64,000 nt of DNA from Longimicrobiales bacterium. Lineage in GTDB: Bacteria > Gemmatimonadota > Gemmatimonadetes > Longimicrobiales > Gaopeijiaceae. The notes below the pieces were generated by a model. That model was not told the DNA's origin, did not search any database, and worked only from the letters and a program-made list of their open reading frames with translations. The DNA is taken from NCBI GenBank assembly GCA_965248195.1, contig CBDFIQ010000001.1, forward strand, positions 1,408,001 to 1,472,000, in the 5' to 3' direction. A program made the position numbers and the translations under genes. Shown here one piece after another: positions 50,978 to 59,147 of the stretch (positions are counted from its first letter, which is position 1; each line of letters begins with the position of its first letter).

Positions 50978-51969
50978 GTCAGGTCCCCCTCTCGCATGTC
51001 TCTGGTCCAGGCATAATCGGGCCTGGTGATGTTCACGATGCCACGTCCATATCCGGGCCAGTCGCCCGACTCCACACACTCGACGAACATGCCGAGCAGC
51101 GCACCTATCTCCCTCTCGCCCGCATCCAAGTCGTTGTCATGGAGTCGGTAGACGACGGGCTCCCACGGCTCGCTGGATTCCACGACGACAAACGCGTGGT
51201 GTCGGTGGTCGAAGTCGAGCGCCTGAAGTACCATCCTTTGGAACGCCCCCTTCAGGTGGTATCCCAGGTCGTCGATGACCTTACTGAACGCCCATTCAGA
51301 TCCGTCTCGGGCAGTCTTGAAGTTGCAGTTCGTGCCCAACTTCGGAGCCAACTTGTCGGGCCGGATCTTGCAGAGAAGACCGGTCGTCGAGTCCCTCCAA
51401 ATACCGACAGCTTCGACAGGGCCTTCCTCTTCCAGCAGCTCGCGAGCCTCCGGGTAGGACCGGACCCTTCGTCTCATGCCGATCACGTTTGTGTATTCGG
51501 ATTCAGTCAGAATCTCTTTTTCGGTGTCCAATAGGTCCGGCTCCAAGCTCCTGATATGCGTGCCGCAGAGATGGTCGCCGTCGACGTGGAGCTGCGATGC
51601 CTGGCTGGTGCAGCGTGTCCCCTTGCCCGTGATCACCTGACATTGCCCCAAGCAGGCGTAGCGCTCCAGAAAGTCATGCTCCTCGAGCGTCAGGCTATGG
51701 GTGGCGGACCCCAGCTTCTGGGCTGCTGTGGATTCAATCTGATTGATCATCTCGTGCCTCACGTGAGCCAGCGACCTCTTGCGGAGTCTGACTTGGCGCA
51801 AGAGCACGAGCAGTGATCCCGAGATGACGGGTTCGCATTCGATCAAGTCCCCGGTGTCGGGATCCGGGACCGGCCTTCCAATGTCCAGGTACTCCTCCAT
51901 GGAAAGGCCGTAGTGCCAGCCGACCTCGATTGCGGTGGCGGGCTCCGGATCCATCGTCGCCGTGCTCAT
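50974..51969 (-). CDS. PD-(D/E)XK exonuclease VIII (RecE)-like protein with an inserted C3H zinc finger
   Basis: GSATHSL.LE, W.D..TGLLCKIRPD, GYHL..AF, FVVVE..EP and WPGY. Confidence 0.8.
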   Translation of the reverse strand: MSTATMDPEPATAIEVGWHYGLSMEEYLDIGRPVPDPDTGDLIECEPVISGSLLVLLRQVRLRKRSLAHVRHEMINQIESTAAQKLGSATHSLTLEEHDFLERYACLGQCQVITGKGTRCTSQASQLHVDGDHLCGTHIRSLEPDLLDTEKEILTESEYTNVIGMRRRVRSYPEARELLEEEGPVEAVGIWRDSTTGLLCKIRPDKLAPKLGTNCNFKTARDGSEWAFSKVIDDLGYHLKGAFQRMVLQALDFDHRHHAFVVVESSEPWEPVVYRLHDNDLDAGEREIGALLGMFVECVESGDWPGYGRGIVNITRPDYAWTRDMREGDLT

Positions 51970-52346
51970 CGAACCGCTTCCCACTCGCGCACGAAGTCTT
52001 GCCAGGTGGGGCAATCCCTGAGCTTCACTGAGCGCTGATGCAGGGCAACCCAGGCCGCGACCTTCGCTTCCGATCCGTAGCATGAAGCCGGCGGCACGTT
52101 CCTGAGCCAACGCAGGATGTCCTCAATGCAGTGCCGGTTTCGGTCGTCCGCGCTCCGAAAGGTGCCGAACAGATCGCCCACGAGCACAGCGTATAGGAAC
52201 GAGCCGACCGACCTGCCGTGCTCCACGTATTCGATCAGAGCATCGATCGTGTATTCCGGGATTGCCGACCAGGCTTGCTGTCTCAGTGGGATACGGCCGT
52301 TCATTCCACCTTCGGGCACGAGGGCCCGCTCCTTGACCTCATTCAT
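51966..52346 (-). CDS. Hypothetical phage protein
   Basis: YVEHG..GSFL.AVL..DLF..AD..N..P...YGS..KV..W; coupled on both sides. Confidence 0.75.
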   Translation of the reverse strand: MNEVKERALVPEGGMNGRIPLRQQAWSAIPEYTIDALIEYVEHGRSVGSFLYAVLVGDLFGTFRSADDRNRHCIEDILRWLRNVPPASCYGSEAKVAAWVALHQRSVKLRDCPTWQDFVREWEAVR

Positions 52347-52728
52347 TCAGGCCTCCAGCCATCATCCGTTCCCAAGCCTCGGTGCCCTCACGGACGTTGT
52401 CCTCGTACTTGAGGATGAGGGCGCGGGCGCGTGACAGGGGATGCTCGGGCGGGTCCGCGTACGCTTCGCCCGGCTGGAAGTCTCCGTACAGGGCCACGAG
52501 GTCCCTGGCCGCGTCCAGCAACTCCCCCGCCACCTCGAACAGACACGCGTTGGCCAACGCCTCATCGTCGCGCATCGCCGGTCCCACCTCCGCGATCGAC
52601 TCCATGCCCCGGAGATCATCCGTCTTGGCCACGTAGAGTTCGGCGTGGTGCAGCGGGTCGCGGGGCCGGTATGGGGCGGGGGAGTGGGCGCTCACGATCT
52701 GGCGGGGCTCATCACGTGGAAGGCTCAT
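52339..52728 (-). CDS. Hypothetical phage protein (HTPGPW/ANARLIAAAP-type)
   Basis: HSPAPY..IAEV..ANACLFEVAGELLDA. Confidence 0.65.
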   Translation of the reverse strand: MSLPRDEPRQIVSAHSPAPYRPRDPLHHAELYVAKTDDLRGMESIAEVGPAMRDDEALANACLFEVAGELLDAARDLVALYGDFQPGEAYADPPEHPLSRARALILKYEDNVREGTEAWERMMAGGLNE

Positions 52729-52930
52729 GGCGCACCTAACGCCTTCGTGCGATTCAACGCCCACGAAGCCTGAAAGAACGACGGGCCGATGTCTTTGCAA
52801 TCGAAGCCTTCCACCTTGAACAGGTCCCACGGATCGTCCATGCCCATGATTTCGGGGTGCTCCGGAATGAGCGAATCCGCTCCACCAGCTCGTCCGCCGT
52901 GGCTGAATACGCGACGAAGCGGTCGCTCAT
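52725..52930 (-). pseudogene. Probable frameshifted small phage gene
   Basis: MSDRFVAYSATADELVERI continues in another frame as LIPEHPEIMGMDDPWDLFKVEGFDCKDIGPSFFQASWAL..*, which ends in an ATGA overlap with the next gene. Confidence 0.45.
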
Positions 52931-53236
52931 GGCTAGACGTCCCACCCCTCGCCCTGCACTCTCGATGCGCCTAGCTTCGGCGCGCAAAGACTCTCGGGAA
53001 CGCTGGATAAGCCTATCGCCAACCCACATATGAACGGCGACGATCAAGAACGACATTACGACGCCCCACGCGAGCATCAGGGCTATCAGCACGCGCTGGG
53101 GGAGATCGAACACAAAGGCGGCACCGATCCCAACGCAAACGAGAGTCCCAACGACTACGATCCACTTGGGGAATCCGGCCATGTCAGACCAAGCGTGGGC
53201 GGATGTCACTTCGGCCTCCCGTAGGCGCTCCATCAC
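52931..53236 (-). CDS. Two-TM membrane protein (3' end uncertain)
   Basis: Two hydrophobic helices in ORF 52754..53236. Confidence 0.5.
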
Positions 53237-53287
53237 GAGAGTCCGCCTTCCATGCTTCGCCTCAGGGCGTCGCGTCTCCGCGCCGAG

Positions 53288-53335
53288 CTCACGGCGCCGC
53301 CTCCGTCTCCGCCAGCACTCGCTCGCTCATGGACG
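53288..53335. repeat. 48-bp repeat, copy 1 (copy 2 at 53915-53962, 1 mismatch)
   Basis: ctcacggcgccgcctccgtctccgccagcac(t/g)cgctcgctcatggacg. Confidence 0.9.
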
Positions 53336-53442
53336 CGACGGTCCGCTGGGCAACTGAAGCACTGGTCCGTCTGCCGGACGCAGTTCAGCTATTTCAAACA
53401 GGTGCCGGGCCGTCGTGAGCGCGACATCCTGCAGGGGTCGCA
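53331..53442. repeat. 112-bp exact direct repeat, copy 1; candidate structured RNA
   Basis: Identical to 54377-54488. Confidence 0.92.
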
Positions 53443-53695
53443 ACAGAGAGCCCGCCAACTGGTGGACGAGCGGAACTGGCTCATCCACAGGTGCCGGTCG
53501 GACCACCGCCACGCTGTTCGGCCCGGGCGGTCTGCTGACGCTCTTCTCGAGCGGTTGGACCGCATACACGAGCTCGCGCTCCCTGTCTACCACACGATCG
53601 GCGAGGCGGTCCGGCAGTACGTGCTGGCTCATGGCGTTGACCCGCTGGAAATCGACAGGGAGTTCTTGCGCGATCTCTTTGGCGACGAGAGATAG
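53443..53695 (+). pseudogene. 3' half of a probable HEPN-like gene antisense to the operon
   Basis: RQLVDERNWLIH (Rx4H) then a helical tail; no start, abuts the 112-bp repeat. Confidence 0.45.
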
Positions 53696-53915
53696 GCGGA
53701 AATCAGCGCACGGACCCACGCGGCCTCAATCTCAGCCACCGTCAGAAAGTCGCCCCGCTCTCGGGCCCTCAGCAGCGTCACAAGTAGTTCCGGATAGTGC
53801 TCGGCTAGCCAGGAGTCGAGGCGCAGGTCGGCGGACATCGAGCCGGCTCCGTCTCTCCCGTGTGCGCGTACCGGATGGTCGCAGTTCGATCTTCGGTCGC
53901 TCGGGCCGGGCCCCC

Positions 53916-54014
53916 TCACGGCGCCGCCTCCGTCTCCGCCAGCACGCGCTCGCTCATGGACGAGAAGGCTCCCCCGCTGATACGATCAGCGTCGCCAAAC
54001 AACCGATCAGCCAT
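53916..54014 (-). CDS. Micro-ORF (32 aa) ending in the 48-bp repeat
   Basis: AGGAGG RBS; MADRLFG..MSERVLAETEAAP*. Confidence 0.4.
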   Translation of the reverse strand: MADRLFGDADRISGGAFSSMSERVLAETEAAP

Positions 54015-54086
54015 CAACGGAGGAGCCTCCTGTGAGCGTTCTGAGCACCGGCGAGAAACCGATGGACCGCGAATACCAACGCGCAC

Positions 54087-54338
54087 TCATCCCTCACCCC
54101 CCGCCAGCACCACGCGGGCGAGTTCGGCGAGCCTCCAATGCTCCCAGTCGCCGCCCCATCGCTCGGCACGCTCCGTGTCACCGCCCCAGGAGTCGTACTC
54201 CGGTTCCATCTCGGGCGCGTCCCGGACGATCTCGCGCAGACACGCCAACATCTCCGGCGCGGCGGCGATCAGCCGGGCGTTCGCCCTGCAACGCTCCAGT
54301 GACAGGGCTTCGGGGGTCAGAGTGTGCGCCGCATTCAC
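54087..54338 (-). CDS. Hypothetical phage protein (ANARLIAAAPE family)
   Basis: ANARLIAAAPEMLACL motif. Confidence 0.7.
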   Translation of the reverse strand: MNAAHTLTPEALSLERCRANARLIAAAPEMLACLREIVRDAPEMEPEYDSWGGDTERAERWGGDWEHWRLAELARVVLAGGEG

Positions 54339-54339
54339 G

Positions 54340-54642
54340 CTATTCGTTCCTTTTCCGCTTCCGCGTCGGTGCTGCGGGACGCGACGGTCCGCTGGGCAAC
54401 TGAAGCACTGGTCCGTCTGCCGGACGCAGTTCAGCTATTTCAAACAGGTGCCGGGCCGTCGTGAGCGCGACATCCTGCAGGGGTCGCATCCGCAAGTAGC
54501 CGATCGGGCGGTGTGTGGCCTCGATGCTCGCGAGCGTCAGCCAGTGCTCGCCCTCTCGGTTCACGTTCTCCACGATCACCGTCGCCGTGCCAAACTCCGC
54601 GTCCTTGACGATCTGAATCCGGCCATGCTCGCCCGCACTCAT
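54340..54642 (-). CDS. Hypothetical phage protein whose 3' part overlaps the 112-bp repeat
   Basis: ATGA-coupled to cro. Confidence 0.5.
   Translation of the reverse strand: MSAGEHGRIQIVKDAEFGTATVIVENVNREGEHWLTLASIEATHRPIGYLRMRPLQDVALTTARHLFEIAELRPADGPVLQLPSGPSRPAAPTRKRKRNE
54377..54488. repeat. 112-bp exact direct repeat, copy 2
   Basis: Identical to 53331-53442. Confidence 0.92.
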
Positions 54643-54878
54643 CCCTCACCCGCCAGCACCCGCTCGCGCGCCTCGGTGGCCGCCTTCTCCGCCGCTTCGA
54701 GCCTGTCAAGCGTGGCGTTGACCCTGGCCTCGAAACCCTCGGGGGGGTCGCGACGACCGTTCATGTAGGCGCTCAGAAGCGTCGGGTGAATCCCCAAGTA
54801 CTCGGCGAGATCCACGTACCGAACGCCCATCTCAGCGATGCGGCCTCGGAGCCTAGAAAGCATAAGATTTCTTATCAT
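54639..54878 (-). CDS. Cro-like XRE HTH regulator
   Basis: LRGRIAEMGVRYVDLAEYLGIHPTLLSAYMNGRR; divergent from cI. Confidence 0.82.
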   Translation of the reverse strand: MIRNLMLSRLRGRIAEMGVRYVDLAEYLGIHPTLLSAYMNGRRDPPEGFEARVNATLDRLEAAEKAATEARERVLAGEG

Positions 54879-54926
54879 GGCGGCGATAATAAGCACTCTT
54901 ATGGCAAATGTCAATATCTTTGTTAC
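54862..54926. promoter_or_regulatory. Divergent cro/cI switch with a sigma70 promoter and two palindromic operators
   Basis: Minus-strand TTGACA (54909-14), 17 nt, TATTAT (54886-91), ending 7 nt before the cro ATG; ATAAG-N4-CTTAT at 54862-75 and 54889-902. Confidence 0.75.
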
Positions 54927-55802
54927 ATGGGATATTCGGATCGGCTCACGATCAGCGAGAGGACACGCCGTGTTAGGGGTGCGCGAAGTGCCAGCGATGT
55001 GGCGCGATCCGCAGGGATCGCTCAGGCGTCCATGTCGCAGTTTGAGCGAGCGGTGCACGAACCGTTGGCGGGTACACTGAGCCGGATCGCCAAGGCGCTG
55101 AATGTAAGCTCGGATTACCTGGTTGGCCTGACCGACGACCCGACACCCGCCGACGAGAGAACACGTGAGGTCAACGACCGGGTACGTGAAGCTGAGGAGA
55201 GAGCAACCCGCGAAGCCGAGGAGCGAGCGCAGGAAGCCGAGGAGCGCGCCGAGGCGACCGTTGCCCGGATACGCCGGGAGGAGGCGCGGAACCGCCAGCA
55301 GCTGGAGGCCGCGCTAGAACGCACCGAGGAGGAGCTGGAGCGGCTGCGGGCACGGGTGGGCCAGGTGGCGACTGACGGCCTTACGGACGAGACCGATCCC
55401 GACGCGGAGCCCATTCCGGTCCATCGACTCCAGACTGCGGCGGGCAGCGGCGCTTTCAACCTGGACGAGACGGTCAAGACCTACGCCTACTTTCGCAGCG
55501 AGTGGCTGTTCAGGAAGGGGCTCGCCGCCGACCGCTGTAACATCATCGGCGTCGCGGGAGAGTCGATGGATCCCACGCTGCCCGACGGCTGCGTCATCCT
55601 TGTCGACCGCAACCGAACCAAGCGGTACCGGGGACACATCTTCGTGGTACGCACGGAGGACGGCCTGGTGGTCAAGCGCGCGGGCAAGGACGAGGGCGGC
55701 GGCTGGCAGCTGGTTAGCGATCACCCTGAGTGGAAACCGCAGCCGTGGCCGGACGGAGCGGAGGTGATTGGAGAAGTGAAATGGATGGCGAGGGAGTTGT
55801 GA
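54927..55802 (+). CDS. CI-like repressor: XRE HTH + coiled-coil linker + S24 peptidase
   Basis: HTH ..IAKALNVSSDYLVGLTDDP, AAG cleavage site, GESMDPTL (Ser) and VVKR (Lys). Confidence 0.9.
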   Translation: MGYSDRLTISERTRRVRGARSASDVARSAGIAQASMSQFERAVHEPLAGTLSRIAKALNVSSDYLVGLTDDPTPADERTREVNDRVREAEERATREAEERAQEAEERAEATVARIRREEARNRQQLEAALERTEEELERLRARVGQVATDGLTDETDPDAEPIPVHRLQTAAGSGAFNLDETVKTYAYFRSEWLFRKGLAADRCNIIGVAGESMDPTLPDGCVILVDRNRTKRYRGHIFVVRTEDGLVVKRAGKDEGGGWQLVSDHPEWKPQPWPDGAEVIGEVKWMAREL

Positions 55803-55849
55803 GGGGGCGCACCGAGGGTTTGGTTGAGCCTAACTTCTCTTGGGGTTTA

Positions 55850-55939
55850 CCCCTTCCGGCGTACGAGCCGCAACCGCTCGACGATCGAGCCCGAATCATG
55901 GGCCGCGTCGTCTGGTGGGCGCACACGGATCGGGGGTGA
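55850..55939 (+). pseudogene. Orphan C-terminal tail of a second S24 repressor
   Basis: PAYEPQPLDDRARIMGRVVWWAH* parallels the CI tail PEWKPQPWPDGAEVIGEVKW. Confidence 0.55.
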
Positions 55940-57731
55940 GTGTCAGTGCACCCTGGCCGGACATGATGCGAGATGTTTCACCAGCCGCGATCCCCCCCAG
56001 CGGTGAAGGAAGGGAGGGAGGGGCACGATGCGTAAGCTCGCAATTCTTCTGAGCATGGCGGCCAGCGCATCTTGTGCTGAGGCCACAACGGCCCCACAGG
56101 ATGACGCAGGAGTTAACGAAGGAACGGTCGAATTCACGCTTACGAGATCCTCCGCCAGCGGCGCCCCGGTTGACGGTGCCACGCACGCGATCGTACGAGT
56201 GTGGAACCCCTCGTCTGGTTTCAACTTCGCTCAATCCGTTGCGATCCCTGACGCGAGCCAAAGCACCATGGTCACTATGCAGGCTCCAGCCCGCGATGGA
56301 TATTCGGCTGGCGTACTCGCGGTGGACGGGCCGGTGGGGCCTTCAATACCCAATGTGTTGGCGGCCGGGATCACGGCCGGGATCACCGTCGTGAAAGATC
56401 AACAGACGGAAGCCGTCGTTTCGGTCGAGTCCTTGAGTGTCGAGCTAACCGAAGTGCCGGCGCTCTTGACGCCTGGTGAAGAGGCCACGATCCGAGGGCG
56501 AGTGATGGGAGCACCCATAGCTGCCGAAGGTCAAGTCCCGATTTGTGTGTAAAAGCGGAGGAAGCTCCTCGCCTTCGGCTAGGCTGCTTGGGCGACCTCC
56601 TGTTTCTGGAGGAGTGAGAGGTCGAGGTAACGCCGGTCGCCCCAGACGTGTGTGGTCCTGAGTGCGACGGCCGTGATGAGCCTGAGGGCGCTGGCCCGGT
56701 CCGGGAAGGCGCCGGCGGCCTTGATCCTGCGTTTGATCTCGCCGTGCAGCCGCTCGAGGCTGTTGGTGGTACGCAGCCGGGGCCAGTGCGCCTCGGGGAA
56801 CGCGTAGAACTGCGTCGCTGCCCCGAAGCCCCGCTCCAGGACCTCCACGGCCTCGGGCAGCTCCTTCTTCCAGCGTGCGCCGAACTCGCCCAGGAGCTTC
56901 TTCGCCTCGGCGAGTCCGGATGTCTGGAAGATCACCGAGACCTCACGCGCCACGCGCTTGCGTAGGCGGTGGGGGACCCTCGCCCCCACATTACGCTGCA
57001 GATGGACCGTACACCTCTGACGGCGTGCCTCGGGCAGGAAGCGGCGGACCGCAGCTGCCAGGCCTGCGTGCTCATCGGCGATCACGAGCTCGACACCGCC
57101 GAGGCCGCGGTCCTGGAGTTGCTCGAGGAGCTCCGACCAGCTCTGCTGCGACTCCTCAGCGCCCAGCGTGACGGCCAGGAGCCGTCGGTGACCCTCAGGG
57201 CCCACTGCATACGCCACGAGCGCACTCACGTTCTCGACTTTGCGGGCCCAGCGGGCGTCCAAGAACGTGGCGTCCAGGTACAGATAGGGGTGAGGCCCCT
57301 CGATCGGCGCACGGCGCAGCCCTTCCACGGCCTCGTCGAGCCGTTTTGCCACACGACTCACCGTCGAGCGCCCAACACGCTCGCCCATCAGCGCCTCGGT
57401 GACGTCGCCCATCTTGCGCTGTGACACGCCGCTCACATACGCCTCGACCATCATCTCGTCGAGCTCGGGGCTCCTGCGCTGGTAGCGGCCGATCACGTCG
57501 GCCGGCGAACCGTTGTCCCGGCTCCGGGGCATGGCGACCTCGATCTGCCCCAGGCTCGTCAGCAGCCGCCTCAGGTATGTGCCGTTCCTATGGTCCTTCC
57601 GGCTTCCCACCCGCTCGAAGCGGCGTGCACCTACCATGGCCTTCAGCTCCTCTTCCAGCACCATCTCGAGCGTCAGCCGGATCGCGCCTCCCTCTCTGCC
57701 AACGTACGTGAGACACGGAGCACGCAAAGAA

Positions 57732-59107
57732 GGTCAAGTCCCGATTTGTGTGTAAAAGCGGAGGAAGCTCCTCGCCTTCGGCTAGGCTGCTTGGGCGACC
57801 TCCTGTTTCTGGAGGAGTGAGAGGTCGAGGTAACGCCGGTCGCCCCAGACGTGTGTGGTCCTGAGTGCGACGGCCGTGATGAGCCTGAGGGCGCTGGCCC
57901 GGTCCGGGAAGGCGCCGGCGGCCTTGATCCTGCGTTTGATCTCGCCGTGCAGCCGCTCGAGGCTGTTGGTGGTACGCAGCCGGGGCCAGTGCGCCTCGGG
58001 GAACGCGTAGAACTGCGTCGCTGCCCCGAAGCCCCGCTCCAGGACCTCCACGGCCTCGGGCAGCTCCTTCTTCCAGCGTGCGCCGAACTCGCCCAGGAGC
58101 TTCTTCGCCTCGGCGAGTCCGGATGTCTGGAAGATCACCGAGACCTCACGCGCCACGCGCTTGCGTAGGCGGTGGGGGACCCTCGCCCCCACATTACGCT
58201 GCAGATGGACCGTACACCTCTGACGGCGTGCCTCGGGCAGGAAGCGGCGGACCGCAGCTGCCAGGCCTGCGTGCTCATCGGCGATCACGAGCTCGACACC
58301 GCCGAGGCCGCGGTCCTGGAGTTGCTCGAGGAGCTCCGACCAGCTCTGCTGCGACTCCTCAGCGCCCAGCGTGACGGCCAGGAGCCGTCGGTGACCCTCA
58401 GGGCCCACTGCATACGCCACGAGCGCACTCACGTTCTCGACTTTGCGGGCCCAGCGGGCGTCCAAGAACGTGGCGTCCAGGTACAGATAGGGGTGAGGCC
58501 CCTCGATCGGCGCACGGCGCAGCCCTTCCACGGCCTCGTCGAGCCGTTTTGCCACACGACTCACCGTCGAGCGCCCAACACGCTCGCCCATCAGCGCCTC
58601 GGTGACGTCGCCCATCTTGCGCTGTGACACGCCGCTCACATACGCCTCGACCATCATCTCGTCGAGCTCGGGGCTCCTGCGCTGGTAGCGGCCGATCACG
58701 TCGGCCGGCGAACCGTTGTCCCGGCTCCGGGGCATGGCGACCTCGATCTGCCCCAGGCTCGTCAGCAGCCGCCTCAGGTATGTGCCGTTCCTATGGTCCT
58801 TCCGGCTTCCCACCCGCTCGAAGCGGCGTGCACCTACCATGGCCTTCAGCTCCTCTTCCAGCACCATCTCGAGCGTCAGCCGGATCGCGCCTTGAAACAG
58901 CTCGCGCAAATCATCGCGTAGCTCGTCTTGCGTGGCCCGACCGATCTCCACAATCTCTTGCATCGGAAGCTCCTCTCCGGTTCCGAGCCTGCTCTGCAGA
59001 CCCGGACTCCCGGGTTCATGTGACAGTGAACAACAACAGAGGAGCTTCCGTTTTTCTTTCCCTCCTGTCCAGCTTATCCGCTTTTACACAAATCTAGGGA
59101 CACTACC
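57732..59107 (-). mobile_element. IS256 copy (inner, intact; transposase 57782..58963); 9-bp TSD cgcaaagaa
   Basis: TSD at 57723-57731 and 59108-59116. Confidence 0.95.
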
Positions 59108-59147
59108 CGCAAAGAATTAGAGTAGGGCGAAGGCAGAGAAAACGAAC

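Noticed and set aside
53345..53410. Resemblance to hammerhead (CTGAAG..GTCCG/CGGAC) or SAM-I P3 (GGCAAC..GGTGCC) on the plus strand
   Set aside because: The hammerhead CUGAnGA/GAAA core and the SAM-I P1/P2 elements are absent
53331..54488. 112-bp repeat pair as a DGR template/variable repeat, CRISPR repeats or integron attC sites
   Set aside because: The copies are identical with no adenine-specific differences, there is no reverse transcriptase or cas gene, no regular spacers, and no RYYYAAC/GTTRRRY boxes
56579..57727. 382-aa transposase ORF as an intact gene
   Set aside because: Its N-terminus comes from the inserted IS3 end; the true 5' part is displaced to 60640-60715
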